Source: Macrostomum hystrix (taxonomy: Eukaryota; Animalia; Platyhelminthes). Taken from it: 64,000 bases of DNA. The number at the start of each line of letters is the position of its first letter. Within the stretch, counting starts at the first letter, position 1. This document shows positions 11,018-20,890 of this stretch, one piece after another. The notes under the pieces are model-generated. The model worked only from the letters and a program-made list of their open reading frames with translations, did no database searches and was not told the DNA's origin. A program made the position numbers and the translations under genes. The stretch lies in NCBI GenBank assembly GCA_950097015.1, contig CATNEN010000001.1:10106001-10170000 (forward strand), written 5' to 3'.

Positions 11018-14000
11018 TTCAACGCCTCTTGGGTGGTGAGCTGGCGCCGTCGCTTTTCACACAGTGTCTTCCATGCTTTGCGGTCCTGGGCCAGTCTATT
11101 AATGTCCAGTTCGTCGATTTTCGCTGTCCTCAGCATCTTCTTCCAGAAGGACATGATCGTTTGCTTTCGTTTGCGTGCTTTGCGGACTGATTCCAACTCC
11201 TTGTTCCAGCCGAGAAGGCACGCCTTTGCGATGTTTTCGTCGGGCAACCGGATGACATGGCCCAGACGTCGCCAATGGGCCATTTCGACCTTTGTCTCGA
11301 CGCTTGCAATTCCGAGTTCTTGGCGGATGTCCCAGCTGTTGACTCCTTTCTCTTCCATTTCGCGCAGGGTCGGTTGCTGTTTATTGCTCCAGATCCTACG
11401 GTAGATGCGGTCTACTGCCTGTTGCATCCTTCTTGTTTCGGATCGATGGAAGGGTCTGGCCCCGCAGTTGAACAACATGGTGCTCTCGACGCACGTCTCT
11501 ACGATCTTGGCTTGGGTCTTCTTGCTCAACCGGGTTCGGCGCATCATGTTTTTCACCCCGCCCCAGGCTTTTGCTGCTCTCTGAAGGCGTTGGCTGGTGT
11601 CGTTCTTCCGGCCGAGCCAGGTTCCCAACATGCGGATGTTTTCGCTTTCTCCGGTGCCCAATTTGGCGTGCTCCTCCTTCTCGTCGTTCGTTCTCTCTTC
11701 GAACATCCCCATGACCTCTTTGATGGTGGAGGTGCCCTGCTCAATTTCCGCCGTCGTGCCGATCACCGTAGTGTCGTCCGCAAAAAGGGAGCACGTGATC
11801 GCAATTACTGATGTTTCCTCGTTGATGACTCCCATTCTCTGGGGGGGGAGGCTGTGACCTGAGCGCACTGTCCAGCGGATTCCGTACTGTTCTCCGGTCT
11901 CCACTGTCCGTTTGCGGCGCTCGATCTCTGCGAGGCGGATCACTGCTTGGTGAAAAATATTGAAGAGCACCGGTGATGTGGCACATCCTTCACGAAGTCC
12001 TCTCTGGGGGTAGAAAGGTGAACTCTCTTCTTTGTCGCTTACTACCTTGTAGGCGGTGGCTTCATGCAGGTCCTGTAGCTTGCTGATGATGGTCTTCGGC
12101 ATGCTGTAATGTTTCAGTAGTTGCCACAGCGCGGGCTTATTAACGCGAGGATACGCTTTTTTTAAGTCGAGGAGCGTGATGCTCGTGCAAAGGCCCTCAT
12201 GAAACTGCGGGCTGTCCCTGAGTTTGCCTGCATCTTCGTTGAGTCGCCAGAGTATTTGTGTGGCATCCATGGTTGAGCGTCCACTTCGAAAACCAGCCTG
12301 GTTCTCGTCCAGGATCCCGACTGATTCCGCCCATTCGCTGATCCTGGTTGCTAGTATTCGGGCGAGGATGCGACTGACGAGCGGGAGTAGGCAGATCCCT
12401 CGGTAGTTATTGAGGTTCCCTCTGTCTCCTTTCTTGAAGAGTGGTAAGACCAGGCCAGTTTTTTGGGCTTCACTCCATTCCTCCGCGTCAGTGTGCCAGA
12501 GGCGCTGGATCTCTTTGATCAGTTCACCCTTGGCTCTGTCGCAGGCGTCTCGGATGTAGCGAACGCGCACTCCATCTTCGCCTGGGGCACCGTCTTTGAT
12601 TTTTCGGATTTCCCCCTCAATTTCCCCATCCGTAAGCGGTCGGGCGAGTTTCACGTTGGCTTCTTTGGTGTGGTTACTGTCCGGTTTAGCCATGGTAGCA
12701 ATCAACTCAGTGATTTTGGCGGGGTCGTTCTCGAAACGATCAGCCTGAATAGTCGCCAGGTGTTCTTTAAACTCTTCCGCCGAGAAAAGTGGGACACTCG
12801 AGCTGTTGTTGCTGTTCCTTTTGCTGGCTCTTCCCATTCGTTTCAGGCAGTCGTACATTCCGCCTGTGTTCCCTCGTTCGCAGTGGTCCTTACATTCTTC
12901 CGCGATGCTGGTCCACCAATCGTCCTCCCATCCTTGAACGCGATCTTTTTGATTTTTTCGATGTTCTTTAAGGCGTTTGCGAGCCTCTTCGATGTTAGCA
13001 CGACTCTCTGGTGTGCTCTCTCTCCGGTCTATTGTGATCGCTCTATTCCGTTCCGCTAACGTGTTTGCAATCGCTTTGTTCAGCTCTTTCAACTCATCTT
13101 CGTGGCCGATCATCCAACTGTTCGTTTCTCTGGTCTTAATTCCGCAAGTGTCTTGGGCCGCTTCTATCAGTTTCTCCTCGACCGTGCGCCAGCAAACCTT
13201 CTGGTGTGCTCCGGTTTCCGTGTTTTTATTGCCGATTTCGAGTAGCTTGTGTTCCGTGGCTTTGCGGTACTCTTCTTTCACGACAGGGTCCCGGAGTTTC
13301 TCCCAGGCGATTTGTTTTTTACGGTTCCTCGCTCTCCGCTCGTGTTGTCGGTCGGTGTCGCAGGTCGTCAGGCATCCTTGGCGGAGGTTGAGTACCTTTG
13401 GTAGGTGGTCAGAGAGCTTAGCTTTGGAGTGGTCTGTGTGGATCTTTCGCAGCATCATATGGCGTTTATCCGCCTCTAGGAAAAAACCGTCGAGTTCATA
13501 CCATCGGCCCGTATTCGGGTTTCTCCAGGTGCCAGGTTTCTTTTGGGCGTAATATGAGCTGGCCCAGACCATGCCGATGCTCTCGGTCCAGGTGAGGAGG
13601 TCTCTGCCCTGGGTGTTGGTGGGCGGGCCACCTGGGTTGGTCTTGCCGTAGTTTGTGAAAACGTTTTGTGCGTCCGATCCCATGCTGGCGTTCCAGTCGC
13701 CGCCGATTATTGCCAGGGTGCTGTGGTGCTTGGACGTCAGCAGTCGTTCCACTTCGGTTCTGATGTCTTCAATGTCTTCCTCGTATCCGTGACTACCCTT
13801 GACGGGTTGGTAGACGACGATGAGGAGTAGGTTGTTGAATTCCAAAGCTAACGATCTCTTTTGCGGGTGGGATCTCCGCCCACTGGCTGTCCATCTGTGC
13901 CAGGCCGTGTTGTTCAGGAGTATCCCAACTTTTTGCGAGAAAAACAGGAACATGTCTTCGCCTCGGACGTGGTACTTGCGGACACCGGTGCTGGTGGTGT

Positions 14001-14409
14001 TGAGTTCGGTGAGAAGAGTGATGTCCCATTCCTTTGATGCTTCTTTCACAATTTCACCGAAACGTCCCGAGAAGATGTTTGCTCTCTGGGTGTTCCATGT
14101 GGCAATTCGTAGTTTCTGTGTCTTCCAGTAGGTTTCGGCCCTGTTCTGGTTTACGGAGGCTCGAGTTTCTCGGATGTGACACCTTTTCAGTTTCCTTCGT
14201 TGTCGTCTGGCAGTTCTCTGCGCCTCCGTTTTCGGGCCCGGGTTCTTTTCAATAGTGCGCAAAGCGACTCTGATCTCGGCTTCGACATTTCTTCTGTCTC
14301 TCACCGTTTTCGCTCTCTTTTTTTTATTTTCGTCGTTTGTGTCTTTTTTTGTTGATTTTTGGTTGATATTTTTTCTTTCTCTTTTCCTTCCGCTCCCGTT
14401 CCGGTTCTT
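10927..14409 (-). CDS. APE endonuclease-reverse transcriptase polyprotein (no upstream AUG; 2A-like motif near N-terminus)
   Basis: IATWN, GDWNA, SDH endonuclease motifs; NYRGICLL, QAGFR, GLREGC, LFADD RT motifs. Frame open from 14409. Confidence 0.92.
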   Translation of the reverse strand, partial: KNRNGSGRKRERKNINQKSTKKDTNDENKKKRAKTVRDRRNVEAEIRVALRTIEKNPGPKTEAQRTARRQRRKLKRCHIRETRASVNQNRAETYWKTQKLRIATWNTQRANIFSGRFGEIVKEASKEWDITLLTELNTTSTGVRKYHVRGEDMFLFFSQKVGILLNNTAWHRWTASGRRSHPQKRSLALEFNNLLLIVVYQPVKGSHGYEEDIEDIRTEVERLLTSKHHSTLAIIGGDWNASMGSDAQNVFTNYGKTNPGGPPTNTQGRDLLTWTESIGMVWASSYYAQKKPGTWRNPNTGRWYELDGFFLEADKRHMMLRKIHTDHSKAKLSDHLPKVLNLRQGCLTTCDTDRQHERRARNRKKQIAWEKLRDPVVKEEYRKATEHKLLEIGNKNTETGAHQKVCWRTVEEKLIEAAQDTCGIKTRETNSWMIGHEDELKELNKAIANTLAERNRAITIDRRESTPESRANIEEARKRLKEHRKNQKDRVQGWEDDWWTSIAEECKDHCERGNTGGMYDCLKRMGRASKRNSNNSSSVPLFSAEEFKEHLATIQADRFENDPAKITELIATMAKPDSNHTKEANVKLARPLTDGEIEGEIRKIKDGAPGEDGVRVRYIRDACDRAKGELIKEIQRLWHTDAEEWSEAQKTGLVLPLFKKGDRGNLNNYRGICLLPLVSRILARILATRISEWAESVGILDENQAGFRSGRSTMDATQILWRLNEDAGKLRDSPQFHEGLCTSITLLDLKKAYPRVNKPALWQLLKHYSMPKTIISKLQDLHEATAYKVVSDKEESSPFYPQRGLREGCATSPVLFNIFHQAVIRLAEIERRKRTVETGEQYGIRWTVRSGHSLPPQRMGVINEETSVIAITCSLFADDTTVIGTTAEIEQGTSTIKEVMGMFEERTNDEKEEHAKLGTGESENIRMLGTWLGRKNDTSQRLQRAAKAWGGVKNMMRRTRLSKKTQAKIVETCVESTMLFNCGARPFHRSETRRMQQAVDRIYRRIWSNKQQPTLREMEEKGVNSWDIRQELGIASVETKVEMAHWRRLGHVIRLPDENIAKACLLGWNKELESVRKARKRKQTIMSFWKKMLRTAKIDELDINRLAQDRKAWKTLCEKRRRQLTTQEALKCKRGNNTTTAGDQRNETPPTGPRIPKRTN

Positions 14410-14528
14410 TCACGTTTGTGTTGTTTAGAGAGGTGTTCAGGTTCGTTACTCCTGAGCCACTCTGTTGGGTGGAGGTTTGCCCACAGAACGTAGATGTTAC
14501 TCTACGGCTGCGGGTCTCTCTCCCCCCC

Positions 14529-14603
14529 CGAAACCGTGTTTGCCGGCCTTGATCCGGGCCGCCCGCTTGGCACCGCGCGGAGGTATGGTTTCGTTGTCCA
14601 AGC
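14529..14603 (-). ncRNA. HDV-like self-cleaving ribozyme at LINE 5' end
   Basis: GCTTGGA CAA CGAAACCAT ACC TCCGCGC GGT GCCAAGC GG GCGGCC CGGATCAA GGCCG GC AAAC ACGGTTTCG gives P1, P2, P3, L3 UCCGCGC, P1.1 GG, P4 and catalytic C. G1 is the first base inside the TSD. Confidence 0.85.
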
Positions 14604-14615
14604 GCAGCTAACTCA

Positions 14616-15070
14616 AGTATTTTTTTTTATTATGGAACATCGTCCTCCTCGTCGCCCTATTGAGGACTCAAAACGGACCGCGGACGCGTCGGCCTTTTGC
14701 GGACTGAAATCGGACTATACGAAGTACACATTTTTTCATCTTTTAAATGCATTTATAACTGAAATCAAGGCCTCTTAAGACGTTTTTAGCAGCTAACTCA
14801 CGAGTAATTTTTTTGGAACATCGTCCTTTGCGTCGGCCTTTTTCGGACTCAAATTGGACCATTTTGGAGCCGGTCGACGCGTCGGCCATTTTCGGACTAA
14901 AATCGGACTGTACGAAGTACACATTTTTTCATCTTTTAAATGCATTTATAACTGAAATCAAGACCTCTTAAGACGTTTTCAGCAGCTAACTTGGTTTTTT
15001 AGCTGAGCTGACGAAAGCCAAAATGGGACCGTAGGGGTCCGAAAACGTCCGGCGGACGATGACTTTTACA
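14616..15070. repeat. ~180-bp tandem units with GGACT(C/G)AAATCGGAC motifs, continuous with 10320-10427 before the LINE insertion
   Basis: CATTTTTTCATCTTTTAAATGCAT...CAGCAGCTAACT-type unit recurs at ~10355, ~14730, ~14920. Confidence 0.7.
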
Positions 15071-15074
15071 CCGG

Positions 15075-15564
15075 GTTATTATAATAAGAGGGGCCTCATT
15101 TTGGCTTTGGCTTTGGCTTCGGAACATTGCAGTTGCAGTTAGTACGATGAGCAGGGCTTAGAAATTCACTTACAAATAAAGAAAGTCAAAATTTTGTCTG
15201 GATGTGTATACAACTGTAGTACACATGAGCAATACAAGCAACAAGAAAATCGGAATATAGCAAAGTCATTTCTCGGATAGTCGGAATTTCTTGGAATAAA
15301 AGTTAATTTCATTTTCAGTAATAACTAAAAAACTGCTCTGAACAATTTTATGTATAAAATTAGTAAGACCATTTTTATAAAACACGTTGACATATAAAAG
15401 GCTCTAAACTAAGAAACCGTAAAAAAGTTGACAGTTTTGTTTTACCTAGAATGCGTTATTAACGATCTCCAAAAAATTCCTATTTTAAAAAGAGAACATT
15501 ATCGTAGTATTTTCACTTTTGGGTACTGAATATACAGTAATATACATCGACCATAACTTGCTAG
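15075..15564 (+). repeat. Dispersed repeat with Helitron-like 3' end; second copy 57200-57710
   Basis: ~450 bp shared with 57200-57665; ends AACTTGCTAG|T. Confidence 0.65.
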
Positions 15565-15641
15565 TAGCTTCGCTAAAAATGAAGAGATGCAAATATATCT
15601 TAAACGCTTCCTTGCCAGTTCTTTTATACAATCTTATTGAA

Positions 15642-15915
15642 TGGGTGCACGACAATTGACTGGCACAATTTTGACCTTTGTCTCCAGTCTATTTGACTGG
15701 GGACAATTTAACTGTCGACCAATGTGACTGCTGACAAAATGACGCTCCAATTAATTAGTTTAAGTCGTTTTCACCCCACTTACAGTGTTAAGTCAAAAGT
15801 ATTTTTGTCAATTTAAGTATTTTTGTCCACATTCATTTTTCAGCAGTCATTTTGATGGCAGTCAAATTGTCCACAGTCAAATTGACAAAAGTCAAATTGT
15901 ACCAGTCGATTTTGA
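15642..15915. repeat. MITE-like remnant with inverted subterminal GACAATTT/CAGTCAAATTGT motifs
   Basis: Repeated ACAATT(T)GACTG on the left half and its reverse complement on the right half. Confidence 0.4.
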
Positions 15916-15964
15916 TAGAGATGTGTATTACATAGAAATACACGCAGTTATGATTATAGTAAGC

Positions 15965-17015
15965 AAAGTGATCTGATCCTCCACTGAAACAAGAGCAGGC
16001 TCCAAGAACACAATAGTGAATGCTGTGTTATGTAAACATAATCCACTCACGATATAAATTCGTGGCTCTTTCGCGTACGGCATGCCTCAGGGATTCTAAA
16101 TCCTTCAGCTGACAGCCACTCGAGACATCTCCTATCTGAAACAAACGCTGGTAAAAGAGGGCGAATAACTGGTATGTATTTATTGTAACGCTCTTGAAAG
16201 ACAGATAAAAATGTATCGGGTTTCAGTATGCGGTACTCACAACAAAAGTAAGCAATCAGAATTGCGTATAAAAGGTTGGGTACTGTGTGTACACATAAGC
16301 GGAAGTTATGTTAAATAATAAAAACCATTTACCTTAATAACGTCGTCTCCGATTGGCTGCAAAATCTTTGCGTCTTGCTTTTGAGTACACACAAAACTGT
16401 AGTGACTCGTCTCATCGACCATAACCAGCAGAAAAGTTTTCCGAACTTTCGAAGCTAAAAGTACCAATAAAAATGTATAATCAGGAATAGTGATATTCGA
16501 AACAAATCGAATTACAGTAAAGAGGAAACTGTCCAAATCATTATAAGCAATACCTCATTTGTTATCGTTTTTAGCGACATTGGCTGCTTTGACGCATCCT
16601 CCTTAAGAGCTTGTTTCTCCTGTGAAGAAAGGGCTTTGTAGGCGGCAGCCACTGATGACTGGTAATCTGCATTTGGCAAGATGAACATGCTTATCATAGG
16701 GTCTCATCCAGTTTGTCAAAAAATATTTCACTAATTTAAACATGCTAAAGAAGTGCGAAAGATGGCCAGGTAGAAAGGACCCCGCGGCTACACATAGTCC
16801 TAGTCTACAGTACAGGGGGTCAGTATACAACTTAAAGACGTAAAGTAAAAGTCCTAACATCTTAAATGACTACCCTAATTTGGCAAATGTGTCAGAAACT
16901 CAACAAAAACAATAAACTGTACAAGTCGAACGGAAAAATATAATGATATAAAGTAACAAAACTTCTTCGCCTTCTTTTGGAACTCACTGTAACTGTTGCG
17001 GCCCATTTGGAACAC
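15965..17015 (-). pseudogene. Spliced HMG-like gene remnant, distant relative of the gene at 41017-43202
   Basis: Exons encode MGRNSYSEFQKKAKK, YQSSVAAAYKALSSQEKQALKEDA, TFLLVMVDETSHYSFVC (frameshifted) and LESLRHAVRERATNLY. Confidence 0.5.
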
Positions 17016-17356
17016 TGAAAAAATAATAGTTACGTAAATATGCGAATCTAGAATTAAAAACTGTCATCAACTCTATTAAAATCAAAACCAATTCTGTAAC
17101 AAAATTGACTACACATACTGACATGCGAAGCATTGGAAAGCCTCTTGTAGAATATTGTACTGTATGAAAAACATTTTTTTAAATAGTTGGAAATGCAAGG
17201 GCTGATATACGAGCTAAATGAAGTTTTGTTGCAAAGTTTTTTGCGATTGTTGCAAAGTTAAAGACTTGTTCAGAATGACAGAATTGGCGGGTGCACTAGA
17301 AAGCCGTTTCTTGGCCGCGAAAGGGCTTGCAGCATGGTCGCTTATGTAAGAATCCT

Positions 17357-17912
17357 CTAGGTCCTTCTCCTTCTGCAGCTCTGCTCGCAAATTTTTGCTG
17401 ACTGGAGTCGGTGGGTTACGACATGACGAGTGAGAGCCCCCGCCCTGTTAGAATGTATATGTAACTCTGCACGGAAAGAGGCCGGTTCATCCTTTTCTGG
17501 ATCGTAGCTCGGGTCCATATCCTCATCGTCAATACTTCCTTCGTCTTCTTGTCCAACTTCTTCGTCACTTCCGCATTCGACTACGTCACTAAGCTTCTTC
17601 ATTATTGCGTCAGTTGCATACCCTTGTTCAGCTAGTTGCTCAACTGTCGATTCTGCTTTCTTGACAGTGGTATAATTACCTAAGTTGAGAATAACGGCTT
17701 CGTGTTGGCCGTCCCTATCACGGACTTCGATTGTATCGCATTCTTGAAGCTTGTCCTTGTTAGACGGCGTAATATGTGCAAGCTAAGGCGCATTGACGTA
17801 TAGCACGCCATAAGAATTTTTCTTGCTATACCAGACTAACAGGTGGTCGAATCGATAGTTAGCAGGAAACCGTGAAGGCATAGGTGAATTACGTCGAGAC
17901 CGGTCCATCATG
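17357..17912 (-). pseudogene. Interrupted ORF (in-frame TAG at 17783-17785) with acidic tract, unknown TE cargo
   Basis: ORFs 17783-17971 and 17357-17602 are the same frame, separated by a single stop. Confidence 0.4.
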
Positions 17913-18027
17913 GAACGTCCTGCAAAAAAGTAGAATTTGTTGAAAGTAATATAAAGCCATGCGACTTTCACATCTTCGCTTTATGTTACTCGTAAGGTAT
18001 ATCTCTCTTATTTTACAAGAGAAAAAG

Positions 18028-18405
18028 TCATACTAAAAATGAAAATCTTGCTTGTTTGTTTGCAATCGACTATCGCTCGAACGGCTCAACCGATTTTCAC
18101 AATTCTTTCGCCAAAAGATCACAAATGGTCCCGAATCGGTACACATATTTTTATTTAGCTTAATTCCATTGCCAAAGGGATTAAATATTTGAAAAACTGT
18201 TTTAAATAGGCTTTTCTAATGCATTCTTGTTTTCAGCTTGTGCACAGTGAGGCTCCAGTGCCAATTTTAATGATTGCGTCAGAGCCAGTTTTGTTAGGCG
18301 AGCGTACTGATAAGAAATTTCTCACCCAAATGTGCATAGCTGTGTCAACCCCACTGGCGAGATAATTCAAGGGAGGCTACCCAGAGGGTAGCGAAAGCCG
18401 GCTAG
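18028..18405 (+). mobile_element. Short non-autonomous Helitron (5' boundary approximate)
   Basis: 5' part matches the Helitron start at 57711 (ATACTAAAAATGAAA...AACGGCTCAACCGATTTT). 3' hairpin GCTACCC-AGA-GGGTAGC (18376-18392), then CTAG|T. Confidence 0.75.
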
Positions 18406-20890
18406 TCTTCTTCCATCCATCCAACTATACTAAATCTCTAAAGTCTGTCTGTCTGTCTGTCTGTCTGTGGAATTTCGATACACAGGCTAAATGCCTCAAC
18501 CAAATTTGATCGCGTTTTTTGCTAAACATGCCAAATTTTACTGGCATGAGACCTTGAAAATTTCGTTAGTCTGCTTCAATGCTAACAATATTAAATATTC
18601 GAAAAACTAGTTTTCCTATTGCTTTCAATAGGAGGCCAAACAAGGTTAAATTAGAATAGGGCCGGACACTGTCAGCTTTATTAGATTGCATCGATGCTTT
18701 TTCTCGCCCGCGCGTGCATTGGTATAGCACTGAACAGGGCCTGATACTCTCAATTGAATAGGATTGCGTCACTGCTTTTCGACCCGTACGTACGTTCAGC
18801 CAAGATAAATTTGTCTCTTGGCTGATCGAGTGATTTGATTTGAATACGCAAACCGTACATAGCAGATTTCATGATTGGGCTTTTATGATGCTCAATGCTA
18901 GCGAGACCTCTCCTCCTCCTTTCTATCCATAAAACTGCAGCCTTTCTATTGTCAAACCTTGTCTCGACTTCGATCATTGTGCCGCTTTATTTTCATCTAG
19001 CTCCGAAGTAAAGTACTTTTATTATTTTGCAGAATGCAGATCCAAATTCAGCATCAGCTTTGTTACTGCTTCTTATTCTTCAAATCTTCTATCATCAACA
19101 GTTAAAAACGTAAGTTACTGTTTATTAGTCTTTTTTATTGGCAATTTTTTTTGTTCGAGTATAAATAATAAGCGCTTTTGGTTAGCTACTGTCGAAGCAG
19201 ATATTACTGTACTCGCTCTCAGAAAAGAATATAAGTATTTTCGAGTGAAGCAGCAAGTTTTATTCAATACTAAGACTAAGGAAAGAGTTTTTGAGCATAG
19301 CTGCAGGCGTTATCAGATTCAGAACTGCAACAAAAAATATTTTATTTATGTGTGTATCTTTGTTTGTATGTTTGCAATCAAACTATCTTCCGAACGGCTC
19401 AACCGATTTTCAAAATTCCTTCACCAAAATAGTCAAATGGTCCCGAATCAGTACATGTATTTTTATTAAGCTTAATTCCATTGCCAAGGGGATTAAATAT
19501 TCGAAAAACATGATTTTTTCAAAGGTCAAACCATCTTTGACCTTGGTTTGACCAATTATACACGTATTTTTATTAAGCTTAACTTTATTGCTAAGGGGAT
19601 TAAATATTCGAAAAACATGATTTTTCAAAGGTCAAACCATCTTGGCCTATTGAGAATTTTATACTCACTGCCACTGAATTAGAATTGCATCGTCAAATTG
19701 CGCAACAACCCCTAGCTGATTGAATTTGAAGCCTGCACTCTGGAGACAAATTTTAAATAAATGTACACAACCAACCGCGAGACTGAGTGTACTCTATTTT
19801 CTTACTTCATTGTACAAAGCCAGAACTTTGAGAATTCATTTTATAAGGCTGATTTTTGTACCCACTAATCAACAGTCGGAATAGCTTATGTGTAGGCAAT
19901 AGGAATAGGTTAGGCTAGGCTAGGGTTCGATTCTGCACTGCGTCAAATCATTTAGACTAATTGTCAGCCAGTAGTGACTGAAGAATATTTTTATTCATTT
20001 TTTTCATTTTGTAACTAAAATATCATGAAAATATCATAAATCATAGCAAACCTGAGTTTAAATCATGGCAAAAATAGAGTTTAAATCATAGCAAACCAGA
20101 GCTTGAATCATAGAGAAACCAGCGTCTGAATCATGGCTAAACCAGAGCTCGAATCATAGAGAAACCAGCGTCTGAATCATGGAATCATGGAGATTTTATT
20201 AGTGTCATCGCCTAGCATATCTGCAGTTAATTGGCTGTGGCCACTTTGGCTAAAAGGTCTTAGAAGTTCAGTGTGAAAGCGCCAGTCAATAAAAACGAAT
20301 TAAATCCGTTCCCGCCTTGACCATTTAACTGCTCGTGTTGGAGAGAATTTGGAGTCAGTGTACATATAGTATGTACACGAATGGGGTGTCCAGCCTTTGG
20401 GGGCGACTTCGCTGAGTATAAGATGTTTACTTGTATAGCTTTCTTATCTTGACCATTCTCCTCCTTCCAATTCTATCAATATTTTGATATCTTTCAATTT
20501 AGCTTTAGCATTAACTTTGTATTCTCATTTTTCTCATTTTCTCATCTCATTTTTAGTATAGTGGATTCTAAGATGGTTCGACGTGGCGCCAGCGCTTTAA
20601 AGAAGAGCAGAGATGCCAAAAAGAAACGTCAGCAAGAGACCGCTGATCAGCGAGAGGAGAGGCTTGCTGGACTCCGGCAGCAGAAGGCTCAGCGGACGGC
20701 CATGGAAACTGACGCTCAGCGAGCAGAGCGGCTGGCTGGACTCCGGCAGCACGAGACTGAGCGCAGGGCCAGGGAAACTGACGCTCAGCGAGAAGAGCGT
20801 CTGGAAGGACTGAGGCTGCGAGACGCCGAGAGGAGAGCCCAGGAAGGCGAAGCAGACGCAGAAGTGCGTAGAGCGGGACTGAGAACTCAG

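Larger units (their letters stand above)
10428..14603 (-). mobile_element. Full-length RTE-like non-LTR retrotransposon
   Basis: 13-bp TSD GCAGCTAACTCAA (10415-10427 and 14604-14616); (GAT)n tail; single long APE-RT ORF. Confidence 0.92.

Noticed and set aside
10940-14255. Plus-strand ORFs over the LINE, and similar antisense ORFs over gag and RepHel
   Set aside because: Shadow frames of GC-rich coding sequence with no motifs.
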